Shown: positions 28,772 through 39,849 of the stretch, piece after piece
Position numbering within the stretch: position 1 is the first letter of the stretch
How the letters are laid out: each line of letters starts with the position of its first letter
Virus record (IMG/VR): IMGVR_UViG_3300024983_000001
Location: 64,001-128,000 of that record
Origin: a virus
Strand: one strand, 5' to 3'
Length of the DNA: 64,000 nt
Made by a program: the position numbers and the translations under genes
Notes under the pieces: generated by a model
Told to the model about the DNA's origin: nothing
The model's input: the letters and a program-made list of their open reading frames with translations, nothing else
Databases searched by the model: none

Positions 28772-29410
28772 ATGAACGAAATAACAGAATTAACAATCGA
28801 AGACTCAGACAATATTCTTAAAGAATTGGAGGATGCTTTCTTTGATATTCCATTCGATAATTCAGCGTTTCAGACAGAAAATTTTATTATTGCTGCTCAA
28901 ATTACTCCTGAACGGGCATACCGTGCTATTGGTCTTCGTATGAGTGAAAAACTACGTGCATTAAATGAAGCCAAATACAGCCGCATGAAGGAAGATATTG
29001 ATATCGAGGAGTTGCGTGAAAAACTAACTCTACCTGATGTGAGTAAATGGGACAAACGAAGAGCTGAAGTTGATATTCAATACAAACTGGAAAACAGGCA
29101 GTTTTCAAATAAATTAATAAACGATGCACTCGCTGAGCTATCAATATTATACAAACATTTTAAGGCATTGCCAAAATTCACAAGAGAACAGTTTGAACAG
29201 GGTGAAAAACTTCATTTTGAACAAAAATTACAACGACAATTAATCGGTGTTAGTGGTGCAAGAGAATCTCTCGCAAACATGACAGATGATATTAGGGCGA
29301 TTGTATCATACGAACATAATGTTGCTGCACTCTCATCAGCTCCCACAACCGATGAATTACGTGACTGTCTCACGGATATCAATCTCATCGTTGCCCAAGA
29401 GCAAAAATAA
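28772..29410 (+). CDS. helical hypothetical phage protein
   Basis: AAGGAG RBS; follows the fibre gene. Confidence 0.75.
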   Translation: MNEITELTIEDSDNILKELEDAFFDIPFDNSAFQTENFIIAAQITPERAYRAIGLRMSEKLRALNEAKYSRMKEDIDIEELREKLTLPDVSKWDKRRAEVDIQYKLENRQFSNKLINDALAELSILYKHFKALPKFTREQFEQGEKLHFEQKLQRQLIGVSGARESLANMTDDIRAIVSYEHNVAALSSAPTTDELRDCLTDINLIVAQEQK

Positions 29411-29422
29411 TGTTGTGATGTA

Positions 29423-30340
29423 ATGGAGCAAAAACCAAAAAGAACAGGTGGTCGACCACGTGGTGAGTTTGTTTCGTTTGAAGAAGCTCGTGAATGGGTC
29501 AGTCGCCTCAAATTAAAAAATTATAAGGAATGGTTAAAATATGCAAAGCGTAGGGTTCCTCGTGGCAAACGAAAAGGACTAAAATATAAACCCAAGATTA
29601 TTCCTGCAAATCCCCAATGCTATTACAAGGATGAATGGATAAGTGATGCCCACTTCTTGGGTCACGTACCGTATATGTCTTACGAAGATGCTAAAAGATT
29701 TGCCACAAATATGCAATTCAGAAATGTTGTTGAGTGGCATGATTGGCATGTATCCGCCAAACCCGAAAACATACCACGAGACCCTGCCGTATTTTATAAA
29801 GAGTGGGAGTCGTGGGGTGTATTTTTAGGAACAGGAAATGTTAGCAGTAGTGTGCAACATAAAAATTATAGACCTTATCTTGAAGCGTTGAAATATGTGC
29901 ACACACTGAATCTATCAAGTGAAATGGAATATAGGGAGTGGCACAAAACGCACAATATCACAGACTTGCCTGTGCTACCCCAAGCAACTTACAAAGATTG
30001 GGAAGGTTGGCCAAAGTTTCTTGGAAAGGATATTACATCAAAGGTTGAAGGACATACTGTGGATGTGAGTGTGCTTGTTATTACTCAACACCAAGGATTT
30101 CCAAGCAATGTATATGAAATACGTATTGATAGGGGTGGGAAGAGTTCGGTATTAAGTAAACAGAAAGAAAACCAGTTTAGAATCATTAAAATTTACAAGA
30201 ATGAAGCGGATAAACAAGTCCAAATACAAAGACTCATATCATCGTGTGGGTCGCCTTGGTGGGAAGGTAATAATATGTTTTTAATTCAAAACATTCACCA
30301 ATTGTTGTTTGATTTGGATAATCTGTTGCTTTGGGCTTAA
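29423..30340 (+). CDS. repeat-containing putative DNA-binding protein (phage-integrase-repeat-like)
   Basis: Three repeats of F/Y.EA......L....EW...IP..P...Y...W..W..FLG. Confidence 0.65.
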   Translation: MEQKPKRTGGRPRGEFVSFEEAREWVSRLKLKNYKEWLKYAKRRVPRGKRKGLKYKPKIIPANPQCYYKDEWISDAHFLGHVPYMSYEDAKRFATNMQFRNVVEWHDWHVSAKPENIPRDPAVFYKEWESWGVFLGTGNVSSSVQHKNYRPYLEALKYVHTLNLSSEMEYREWHKTHNITDLPVLPQATYKDWEGWPKFLGKDITSKVEGHTVDVSVLVITQHQGFPSNVYEIRIDRGGKSSVLSKQKENQFRIIKIYKNEADKQVQIQRLISSCGSPWWEGNNMFLIQNIHQLLFDLDNLLLWA

Positions 30341-31131
30341 ATAGCTTTGTTTTCAGCAATCTGTCGAGCCTTGATGGCATCAGTGATGCGTGTTTTGCTG
30401 TTTTTTGAATCCAATAAAATGATGGTTAATGTGTGTGTTGCAGTTTTAACTTTCATAACAAGGCACTTACCAGCTTCCTTTATATACCCAGTCTTCGACA
30501 CAACAATATCCCACTTACCGTCCTTAACTAACTTGTTTGTATTGTTGAACATTGAAGGTTTGTCACCAACCACCACTTCATAATGTTTGGTTGTAGTAAA
30601 ATCCCGTATTACGTCGTATTTAGATGCAGCATTTACCATTTTTGCCAAATCAACAGCTGTTGATTTATTGTGGTGAGTTAATCCTGTCGGGTCACTAAAA
30701 GTGGTGTTTTTCATTCCTAGTAATTTGCTTTTACTATTCATTCTATCAACAAATTCAACAACACCCCCAGGATAGGTACGAGCTAACGCGTGAGCGGCAC
30801 GATTGTCTGAGGACATCAAAGCAAGACGCAGAATTTCATTTCTGGGAAGAGTTGTGCCCACAACTAGTCGTGAGGATGAATGTCGAAGCATATCCACATC
30901 GTCTTCAGTAATTGAAATTTCTTCATCCATTGGTAAATCTGCATCAAGAACAACCATTGCTGTCATCAGCTTTGTAATCGATGCGATTGGACGAACAACA
31001 TTAGCATTTTTTGCGATTAGTTGTTTGTTGTTCTCAGTTGTTACCAACACGGTTGCCGTTTGCATAGCATAGCTTGTGGTGGATACTGCTCCACACCACA
31101 AACAAAGGCATAACAGAAAGATTTTATTCAC
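30337..31131 (-). CDS. pbpG: D-alanyl-D-alanine endopeptidase (PBP7-like, peptidase S11)
   Basis: SITK (SxxK), SDN and KTG motifs; signal peptide. Confidence 0.9.
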   Translation of the reverse strand: MNKIFLLCLCLWCGAVSTTSYAMQTATVLVTTENNKQLIAKNANVVRPIASITKLMTAMVVLDADLPMDEEISITEDDVDMLRHSSSRLVVGTTLPRNEILRLALMSSDNRAAHALARTYPGGVVEFVDRMNSKSKLLGMKNTTFSDPTGLTHHNKSTAVDLAKMVNAASKYDVIRDFTTTKHYEVVVGDKPSMFNNTNKLVKDGKWDIVVSKTGYIKEAGKCLVMKVKTATHTLTIILLDSKNSKTRITDAIKARQIAENKAI

Positions 31132-31330
31132 CGGCTATAACTCGTGTCTTTTTAACACGCACGAAATGGACAAAACCAATGCTGATAATGATGAAAAATA
31201 AAGTTTCGCACACGAACCCAGCGTACATCAACATTAAATTTGGGTGGGCAATATAACTAGCCAGCAATATATTGTCAAGTGTTAAACAAGCAATCGCAAT
31301 TGCTAGAATCGTCTCCAGCTTCGTTAACAT
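31124..31330 (-). CDS. small 2-TM membrane protein
   Basis: Hydrophobic; AGGAG RBS. Confidence 0.55.
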   Translation of the reverse strand: MLTKLETILAIAIACLTLDNILLASYIAHPNLMLMYAGFVCETLFFIIISIGFVHFVRVKKTRVIAGE

Positions 31331-31391
31331 GTATGTCTCCTATAAGTGAATACTATATGAATTATAGTACAAAACTCTTAATGGGTCAACG

Positions 31392-32210
31392 TTACAATTT
31401 TAGTGTTAAACATTTGGCTGCACCACCAGATTTCATAAACTCTGATAAATCAACCTCAATCACCTTGAATCCAATATTATTCAATCGATTTTTTAGATTA
31501 TCAGACGCTTTATTGAGTATAATTGTGTTGCCAATGTTGACAGCATTGCATGCAAACATAGTAGCATCCTCTTCTGTTACGGGGATGGAGTGACCATTGT
31601 AATAACTCACAATCTTGTTCTGACTCTGTTCACTAAATGCTTTCGGAAAATACAAAACAAAACCATTATTAATTGGACAGAAACATGTATCCAAATGGTA
31701 AAAACGAGCGTCTGTTAACTCCAATAAGTTGGTTGACATTTGATGTTGGTGTAGTGTACTTGTAACGAAGGTCCCAGCACCTTGTGTGCTTCTAAATCCG
31801 TGACCCACCCACGCCATATCATCTTCACCTGTTAAACAATCACCCGCACCCTCAAAAGTAAGAGGAGAAGGTGGAATAATGGTAGTGAACCCATTGTTCG
31901 CAAACCATTTTTCAAAGTGTGCTTCTTCACCCTTACGCTGAACGTTTCTAAAGGTGGATGTGATAGCATATTTTACATTTTTATCATCAAACACATATGC
32001 AGCATTTGCTGTAAATACCATATCAGGTAGTTCGTCTACAGGTTCAACAAGTTTGATATTAGCACGCTTCGCTATTTCTTCTGCTAAACAATTCCACTGT
32101 CTTGTTGCCAATGACTTGTCAACAGACCCTATATTACCCGACATCCACGGGTTGATTTCGTATGATACTGCGAAATATTTGGGTTCACACATTAGTATAG
32201 TATCTGTCAT
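31392..32210 (-). CDS. amidinotransferase/dimethylargininase (pentein) family enzyme
   Basis: YEINPWM, PDMVFTANA, FEGAGD, FYHLDTCFCP, GGAAKCLT. Confidence 0.9.
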   Translation of the reverse strand: MTDTILMCEPKYFAVSYEINPWMSGNIGSVDKSLATRQWNCLAEEIAKRANIKLVEPVDELPDMVFTANAAYVFDDKNVKYAITSTFRNVQRKGEEAHFEKWFANNGFTTIIPPSPLTFEGAGDCLTGEDDMAWVGHGFRSTQGAGTFVTSTLHQHQMSTNLLELTDARFYHLDTCFCPINNGFVLYFPKAFSEQSQNKIVSYYNGHSIPVTEEDATMFACNAVNIGNTIILNKASDNLKNRLNNIGFKVIEVDLSEFMKSGGAAKCLTLKL

Positions 32211-32269
32211 AATAGCTTTCCTTTATAATGTTATTATATATCATAAAATAATAACGAGTGTTTCAAAAT

Positions 32270-32294
32270 AAAACCGCAACGAATTGCGGTTTTA
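32270..32294 (-). terminator. intrinsic terminator
   Basis: aaaaccgcaa-cgaa-ttgcggtttt. Confidence 0.8.
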
Positions 32295-32318
32295 TTTTGT
32301 GTAATGTAATAAACAAAA

Positions 32319-32831
32319 TTACTGTCTGACGCTATGACTTTGGTGAAGTGTCCAATTATTAAAGTACATATTGTAACCTTCTGTGGAGGGACAAATCAGA
32401 GCATTCTCACCATTCCTATGTTCTGCGCTGTAAGTAAAATTGAAAGAACCCGTTTCGAATATATCACCATCAACTAAAACAACTTTGTTGTGTGCAATCG
32501 CATGTTTCGAATCCACCCAAACCGGAATACCTGCGGCCATTACAGTCTGCATTTGTCCTCCACGTGCTGTGGGTTGGGAACGGTCTAATACAATATTAAC
32601 ATCAACACCACGTTGTTTCGCTGCAATTAGAGCATTTGCAATAGGTTTAGATGTAAAGGAATATGCTAAAACATGGATTTTTGTGTGTGCACCATCGATT
32701 AATTTAACAATAGCCTTTTCTGCGCCGCCATCAGGAGAAAAATGTACTTCACACGGTCCATTAACTTGAAAATTTGCTGCATTTACAACTGAAGAAACTA
32801 AGAATGTTACTAAAAACAATACTTTATTCAT
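32319..32831 (-). CDS. secreted PLD-family endonuclease (Nuc-like)
   Basis: Signal peptide; FSP.GG, AYSFTS, HNKVVLVD...TGSFNFT. Confidence 0.88.
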   Translation of the reverse strand: MNKVLFLVTFLVSSVVNAANFQVNGPCEVHFSPDGGAEKAIVKLIDGAHTKIHVLAYSFTSKPIANALIAAKQRGVDVNIVLDRSQPTARGGQMQTVMAAGIPVWVDSKHAIAHNKVVLVDGDIFETGSFNFTYSAEHRNGENALICPSTEGYNMYFNNWTLHQSHSVRQ

Positions 32832-33037
32832 TGCTTATTACCTTTTGTTAAAATATCAACAGCCAACTTGTCTAAATCGGACCGCGAATTAATTTGTTCA
32901 ATTTTAAAATTATACTGCTGTGTGTCTTCTTGAGACAACGATAGGACGAATTCTTTTAGAATTCTCTTTTTGGCACGAATAGACGTTTGTTGAAACACCA
33001 AATTTAACGATTTGTTGTTATGCAAGTGAACATTCAT
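32828..33037 (-). CDS. hypothetical protein
   Basis: Late promoter at 33069. Confidence 0.55.
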   Translation of the reverse strand: MNVHLHNNKSLNLVFQQTSIRAKKRILKEFVLSLSQEDTQQYNFKIEQINSRSDLDKLAVDILTKGNKQ

Positions 33038-33106
33038 TTTTGTATCCTTTTATGTTATATAACAGTTCTATTTATGTTAACATAAATAGTTTCAAAGGAA
33101 AAAATT

Positions 33107-33322
33107 ATGAAAGTGTGCGAACTTCACCTTATTGAGAGCGATAATAATTTTGATGCCCAGAATTCGCTGGACCATCAAGCAGCTCCTATAAAAATTTCAT
33201 CCATGTATGATAAACACGATTTTGGTAAAAATGTCAAGACATCTACTGTTAAAGTTCTTGTAAAAAATACAAAGACGGGAAAAGTTTACGGAGCTAGAAC
33301 TATTGTTCAACGAGATATTTAA
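33107..33322 (+). CDS. late small protein (MKVCELHLIE)
   Basis: Late promoter at 33081; AAGGA RBS. Confidence 0.6.
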   Translation: MKVCELHLIESDNNFDAQNSLDHQAAPIKISSMYDKHDFGKNVKTSTVKVLVKNTKTGKVYGARTIVQRDI

Positions 33323-34567
33323 TTCTGTAGTTTGCGTAGGATTAAACTAATGTCGTGCCACCAATCTGCTTCAATCTGAAACTCTATTGAGACACCATTT
33401 TCATAAGCAGTACCACCCGGATCGCCCCAGTTCTCGTCAAGTTCGTTGCAAAAATTTTGATAACTTTCTTCAATCACCATACAAAAGTTGATTAGCCCAT
33501 TGATTAATTCGCGATCAGGTTCTTTTCGATTTGCTTCATCAATAGCGGCTTGTGCCAATTTCTGTATTTGTTTTAACTCGTTAATCATTTTATTATATCC
33601 TATAATACGTTTGCATCCTAATACAACGTAACGCGTTCAAATATTTGAGATATTTTGCGTCATTTCTGTGCACAATTCTATAACGCTTCCACAAAATAAC
33701 CCCGCCAATGGCTGTTAGTTGTTTTTCGGTCACTGCACCACCAACCATTCCTTTATTTGGTTAACAACATGAACCAATTCATCTTTAGCTTCTGCTTCAT
33801 TCCTACCAAGACCTTCGATATAAATGTTAGCATATCCCATATTTGTAGACACCCCAAACGTAGCGGTTGCTCGCACACTTTGATATTTGTCCTTTTTATC
33901 ATCTTCGTATGTAATGTTCATTATTCAATCCGATATGGGTCAGATGCAACCATATACCAATCAGGAGCGGCAGCTTCTGTGTTACTAGCATTGAACTCCT
34001 CTTGGAATTTATAAGCTTCATCCGCACTATTAAAAATCTTAGTTTCGTCGCGCCGACTTCCCCAACCACGCTCATATTCCATGATATCTACAGCAAATCT
34101 CATTTTGTGCTCCTTTTTGGGTAATTACAAATTGTGTTCGTTTGTGTCAATTTCAACATTATACTCACGCAACAACTTCAATTTACATCCAACAACAACT
34201 TCAATTTCTTCTATACTGAAAAAGATATTATTTTCATCCATCGGAAGCTTTGCAATATGTAACCAACCAGTATCCTCCTCCCAAATATATAAACCACGTT
34301 TAGGATCATCAATCCGACAGTAAACATATGCTTTAACAAAATTCACGATAACAACCACCGCAAAATATACAAAACACCCCATGTTACCAACAAATAACCC
34401 GAAATGTTATACAATCGCGTCATCAAAGGCGAAAAAATGCGGGGATCGTTTTCAAAACGAGCATGAATTATAGCTACCATACCTACGAGGCAAGGTACCG
34501 CTAAAACCGTTACCACTAGGTGTGTTACCGATTCCAGTAGATTTATAATTAAAGTTACGAAGTGCAT
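33319..34567 (-). other. run of small hypothetical genes (33319..33588, 33730..33921, 33921..34103 and others)
   Basis: Coupled short ORFs on the minus strand. Confidence 0.55.
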
Positions 34568-34576
34568 TTTTAACTT

Positions 34577-35377
34577 TCAGAGTGGATATGCGGCGTAATT
34601 ATACAACGTCACAATAATTTTTTCAACATCATGATCATAAAATCCACTCGAGTTAATTGTATTAAATTCAATTACCTTCACTTCACCATTAACAAGAGCT
34701 AAATCCATCACACAACATGGAGACGGAAGCCATTTGTTAGCAAATTCTTGAGCTTGTTTGATAACACTTGGGTTGGTCTCGTGTTCCTTTTTCAACTGGC
34801 CCATCATCCGATACATGCTACCATCAACGATTTTACCTCCCACAATAAACCAGCGCCATTCAGCTGAAATATTTTGTGGTTCCGCAACTACTATTTGAGT
34901 ATCGGGTGCAAGTTGATATGTACCCGATGATGCGCATTCCATAGCATCTGTAAGCCAATCAGCAGCCTCACCAGCCTCAATAACTTGACCAGAAAACGTT
35001 TTCAGATCTTCAGTGGGGCGTATAAACCACAAAGATTTCGGACTAACATTCCTGAAATTGTCAACAGCATCCTTTACTGAAAGTATCATACCTCTACCAT
35101 TAAGCATATCATCACGATTGTCGTTCCACACATCAGCTCTGAATGTGTTGGGGTCAAAGTATTGACCTAACCAACCACGTTCATACGTTTCCATCGTGAA
35201 CGTGGTTGAACCATACGGCAAATAATCAACACCCGTTAGGGGGTGATCGGAAACAATTTCTCATGTAAATGGAATAATGCTCACATATTCATGTGGAATT
35301 CCATTTTTCAACACCGCTTGATTTATAGCTTCCAACGAGTTTTCATTTAAAAGATTCTGTTGAACAATAAGTTTCAT
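34577..35377 (-). pseudogene. ATP-grasp (DUF4343-like) protein interrupted by an in-frame TGA at codon 39
   Basis: MKLIVQ...IIPFT*EIVSD...LPYGST; FIRP.EDLK.FSG, EWRWFIV, D.A....KVIEFN.INSSGFY. Confidence 0.75.
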
Positions 35378-35378
35378 A

Positions 35379-36746
35379 TCAAGTTCCTATCTTTGTTAGG
35401 TACTCCAAAAATGTCCGGACCGCAAATCCAGTACCACCAGGACCATTAACTCCAAATCCTTTCTCAACAAACGCAGGACCAGCAATATCCAAATGTAGAT
35501 ACTTTTGTTTATTTTTCTTTTTGAGAGCATTAGTCAAGAACAAACCTGCTTTTTGACATCCCATATTAGAAGTTCCTGTGTTCGATAGGTCAGCGATAGA
35601 ATCATCAACACCATCCATCATGTATTTGTGAAAGGCGGCATCCATGAATACTTCACCCGCCTTATCACCAAACTTTTTAATTACCTTTTTCATATTATCA
35701 TTGAAACCCACCATACCACACGCTTCGTCACCAAATTGATATACGGCTGCGCCAGTTAATGTAGCTAAAGTGTAATATTCATCGGCGTGCGCATCAAGTT
35801 CTTGAGCAAGACAGATGTTATCAAACAAAACGATACGACCTTCAGCATCGGTGTTCTTTACATGAACGGTCTTTCCATTTTTCATGGTGATGATGTCATC
35901 GGGTTTATAAGCAGAACCATCAATCATGTTTTCTGCAATACACATATAAGCCGTGACTTTTACATCAAGTCCCAGTTCTTCAACAGCTTTAACAATTCCC
36001 CAAACGGTCATAGCACCAGCTTTGTCAGCTTTCATTGTGGTCATGCTTGTACCGGGTTTAATTGAAAGTCCACCGCTGTCATAAGTCAGCCCCTTCCCAA
36101 TCAAAACAATGTGTTTATTAGCCGTTGGCGGGTTGTATGTTAAACGAATTGTTTTTGCTTCATGACGAGATGCCCGGTTAACAGCAAGGTGACCATTCAT
36201 TTCCATATTTGCGAGTTCGTTCTGACCGAAAACTTCCACTTCAACATCTGTGAATTCAAAACTTTCACGGACAGCTTCTTCAATGGTTTCAGAATGTGCA
36301 TCTTCAGGTGAAGTATTAACCCAATCACGCACCATTTTTTGTGCTTCGGTATAAACTTTTGCTGTAACAAGACATTCTGCCACTTCAGCTGACCCACTAA
36401 TAACAATCTTTTTGAGGGTAATAGGTTTAACTTCAGACTTATATTTGTCAAATACATAATCACCCAGCAACATCCCCTCAAGGAATTGTCTACATTTATC
36501 AGGTAAAGTCATGACAACACTACCAGCTTTCTGTTCACGTAAATAACGAATTAACACAAATCCAAGCGTTCTCCACCCATCCGTGTCTTTGACACCTTTT
36601 GTCCCAACATAAACAGTTTTGTTATTCATATAAATTTGACTATCCTTCCCCTCAAATTTTGAATAAGGCGCATCTTTAAGGGGACTACCTGTAAACACAA
36701 CAGTAAGTTTGGTTTTGCTTGGGTAATTTTCGTATAAAATTCTCAT
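35379..36746 (-). CDS. pepA: leucyl aminopeptidase (M17)
   Basis: GKGLTYDSGGLSIKP, MK.D, NTDAEGR, ATLTGA, HLDIAGP. Confidence 0.92.
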   Translation of the reverse strand: MRILYENYPSKTKLTVVFTGSPLKDAPYSKFEGKDSQIYMNNKTVYVGTKGVKDTDGWRTLGFVLIRYLREQKAGSVVMTLPDKCRQFLEGMLLGDYVFDKYKSEVKPITLKKIVISGSAEVAECLVTAKVYTEAQKMVRDWVNTSPEDAHSETIEEAVRESFEFTDVEVEVFGQNELANMEMNGHLAVNRASRHEAKTIRLTYNPPTANKHIVLIGKGLTYDSGGLSIKPGTSMTTMKADKAGAMTVWGIVKAVEELGLDVKVTAYMCIAENMIDGSAYKPDDIITMKNGKTVHVKNTDAEGRIVLFDNICLAQELDAHADEYYTLATLTGAAVYQFGDEACGMVGFNDNMKKVIKKFGDKAGEVFMDAAFHKYMMDGVDDSIADLSNTGTSNMGCQKAGLFLTNALKKKNKQKYLHLDIAGPAFVEKGFGVNGPGGTGFAVRTFLEYLTKIGT

Positions 36747-36760
36747 GGTTATCCTTTATT

Positions 36761-38566
36761 TTAAATAGTATGTAAGGTGCGTAGTTTTGCTTTGTTGCAG
36801 TGAACGCAGCGTTTTTCTTGATAAAGATAATATCCAACAACTATACTATCTTGAAGTAATGAACCGTGACGTATATCTTTCCACCCACTCCAAGAGTGAA
36901 TTCCTAACCAACAGAAACTGAATGTAATACCACTATTTTCGCTCTCATTTGTATTGAGTTGAGAATCTTCAGACATTATCGTGCTCCAACTACTGCTTCA
37001 AACTCTTTAACCAAACTGTCGTGATTTTCTATTGTAGTAACAACCCACCATTCTCTTGATGGAGATGTGTGGTCATCATTATCAAAACGATATCCAACAA
37101 CAGTGCATTCATCACGTCGTTCGATGCTAAAAACATTCATTGCTCGCATATCCATTTTAACTAATGCTGCTTCAGTTTGTTTTTTGAACCGTTCTGTAAG
37201 TTTATCACACTCTTCACGTGCCACTTTCAACAACATCTCCAGCTCATCCACTCGGAACGACAATTGACGATTCGTTTGCACCGTTTCCTCGTATTGTTTT
37301 TTATTAATCCACATACACTTCTCCTTATACTAATTTGTAAGCACCATCAACCTTATAATGAACTTCATATATCAAATCTTCTTCTGTCCGCTTCTTGTTT
37401 AAATCATCACACATCGATACAAGAGTCAATCTATCCTCAGATATTGCAATTGGTGAGCGATGTTCAGCATCAAAATCACCATAATGTACTTTCACTAAAA
37501 TGTAAGCCTTGCGTGCCATGTTAATTCTCCCACGTTAAAATATTCACTCGTGCCAATATTTCCACAAATACTGCCAACGATACATCTTTTTAGTTTTCGG
37601 ATAACGGTTTGAGTAGATATGATATCGACGACGTTCAGTATCCCACCCATAACCCCCCAACCACTTTCGTGGTTCAAAAATTAATGTTGCACCTTGATCA
37701 TCTGCATCTTTACCGAATCCATACACAACACCCCACGAGGGATCCACAAAACGATACATATATCGAGGTCCACGGAGGTGTTTTTTAGCCCAGGTTGCAT
37801 CACGAGGTCCATGCGGGCGTTTTAATAAATGTCTTTTTGCTTTTTGTTTAAGCGTACTACCACCATGATGTATTTTCATAATGAACTCAACTTCATATCT
37901 ATTCTATGTGCTCTATTTCTATTAATAACAAGTTTCATATATCCCTTTGGATACGTAGCGATATTCAACTCAAGTTTTTTACTAAACTCGTCACGTTTGA
38001 GAATGACAACAAACCAAAACCAATCCACAAAACCAACCGCTCTTATTTCTCTCCACCATTTCATCTTATGATGTCCTTTTGCAAGGGCAGTCGTTTCGGT
38101 AACACTCATGGCCAAGAGGATATATGTGGCACGTGCCGCACGCAAATTGATTAGTTTCGTTTTCTGTAGTCCTCTTGTTGATAAGAGAATAATCTTCCGG
38201 ACCTCGACAAGCAATGCATGTCTTGTTGGTTGGTGAATTAGGGCACTTGCAAATTGGACATATCCACCCATAATATTCTTGTGTCATAACTTAATCTCTC
38301 AATTAAATGTAATAATAACCATCAATGATGTCATCAGCATTGGCTTTTCTGCGGTACTCAACCTTATCCTCATTTGAGGGATGAACAACTCCACTAAAGT
38401 CGTACCATTCATCACCCAATTTGGCTTCCTCACGAACACTTTGGATATATCGAACTTCCCACAACCTAACAGCAAGGTCAATTCCGAAATCACTAACATC
38501 AGCGGCATATTGTAAACTTTGTTCTTCGGTCATAATAAACTGACTCCTCCAACATTTATATGTCAT
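36761..38566 (-). other. operon of small hypothetical genes (36761..36976, 36976..37314, 37325..37519, 37544..37879, 38066..38287, 38303..38566)
   Basis: Coupled short ORFs with RBSs. Confidence 0.6.
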
Positions 38567-38599
38567 TTAAGTATACGGTATTATACAATGAAGGTAAAC

Positions 38600-38635
38600 A
38601 AAAAGAGAGGGACATTGAATGTCCCTCTCTTTTTC
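38600..38635 (-). terminator. intrinsic terminator
   Basis: aaaagagagggacat-tga-atgtccctctctttt. Confidence 0.85.
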
Positions 38636-38649
38636 ACAATTCCTGAATA

Positions 38650-38853
38650 TTATCGAGTTGTTGAATATGCAGGTGTAGTATCAGTTATATTTCCTGTAAT
38701 AACATAAACAGTTTGTGAATAAGGAGGTGTAGCATCTGCCTTATTCATTGTTAGTGTATATACAGTTTGTGAATAAGCAGGTGTATTATCACTTATTGTG
38801 CCAGTTACCGCATCATGTAACGATGGATTGTAAGGTTGTGTGCATATTAACAT
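38650..38853 (-). CDS. small virion protein with D.TP.YSQTVY repeats
   Basis: Three internal repeats; N-terminus MLICTQPY. Confidence 0.65.
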   Translation of the reverse strand: MLICTQPYNPSLHDAVTGTISDNTPAYSQTVYTLTMNKADATPPYSQTVYVITGNITDTTPAYSTTR

Positions 38854-38855
38854 GA

Positions 38856-39344
38856 TTAGAATGTAGAGAAGTAATCCATCGAGATCAAGAAGTTTGATAT
38901 CTTGAATGGCGATCCAGAAACCACATCAACTACCCCAAGTTCAATATCACCACCCAACCCTGTTCCTGTTATTGTGCCAATAAGTTGAGACTGCACTGCA
39001 AAACTCAACGAACTAGAATCTTTTGCTCCACTATATAACCAAAACCAACTTGCTGTTCCTGATTGTGTGGCGCTTGAATATGCACCAGCGGTATCAATTT
39101 TAATATTGTTGTTTTGATATACCACAGATGCTGCTGAAGATAATGGAATGGTTACTAAAACATCAGTGCTTCTGCTAGTTGATGCTGTTAGTGTAGAAAA
39201 ATCAGTAGGAATGGTTCCCTTCATGATTTTTAAAGTACCCGAACCGTAATTACCAGCAAGGTTCCCGTATGTAGATGATAGCCCATCAATGAGTGAGTTT
39301 GCTAGTCTATAAGTTGTAATCGAAGATAAAATAATTGATGGCAT
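38856..39344 (-). CDS. virion structural protein
   Basis: G..P, A..SGTASWF, G.GGD motifs; paralog of the next gene. Confidence 0.7.
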   Translation of the reverse strand: MPSIILSSITTYRLANSLIDGLSSTYGNLAGNYGSGTLKIMKGTIPTDFSTLTASTSRSTDVLVTIPLSSAASVVYQNNNIKIDTAGAYSSATQSGTASWFWLYSGAKDSSSLSFAVQSQLIGTITGTGLGGDIELGVVDVVSGSPFKISNFLISMDYFSTF

Positions 39345-39355
39345 AACTGTTTCCT

Positions 39356-39796
39356 TTAGAATGTAATATTAAAGTTAACAGGAATAACCGACAAACCTGT
39401 TGTGATGTTAAGTGTGTTCAACTGGAGCAAACCATTACTATTAGTCAATGAGGGCACACCAATTATATACTCCGATGTTGTTCCTGTCGTAAACGATGTT
39501 GGACCATAACACATTACTACCCATGTTGCTGTTCCGGTTCCGGTAGCATTGGTTGCAGATGGAAGAGTATTACCAAAAGACACAGTATTATTTGAGCGAG
39601 ACAAATTAAAACTTGTCCACCCAACTAACAACTGGCTTGCGTATGCAGATAAATCAAAGGCTGTGTTCCACACAGTAGAACTAGGCATTGTTCCCGAATA
39701 CACCATTAACCTCACGCTCGTTGATGCAGATACATAGTTAGTAATTAAACCAACCGCTTTTAAATCTTTCCAGATTATATTTGTTTGAATAGCCAT
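39356..39796 (-). CDS. virion structural protein
   Basis: YSGTMP, ATGTGTATW; late promoter at 39824. Confidence 0.7.
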   Translation of the reverse strand: MAIQTNIIWKDLKAVGLITNYVSASTSVRLMVYSGTMPSSTVWNTAFDLSAYASQLLVGWTSFNLSRSNNTVSFGNTLPSATNATGTGTATWVVMCYGPTSFTTGTTSEYIIGVPSLTNSNGLLQLNTLNITTGLSVIPVNFNITF

Positions 39797-39849
39797 TATA
39801 AATTCCCTCAAATGTTATATAGATATTTATAAAAATAAACGGTTTGTTT

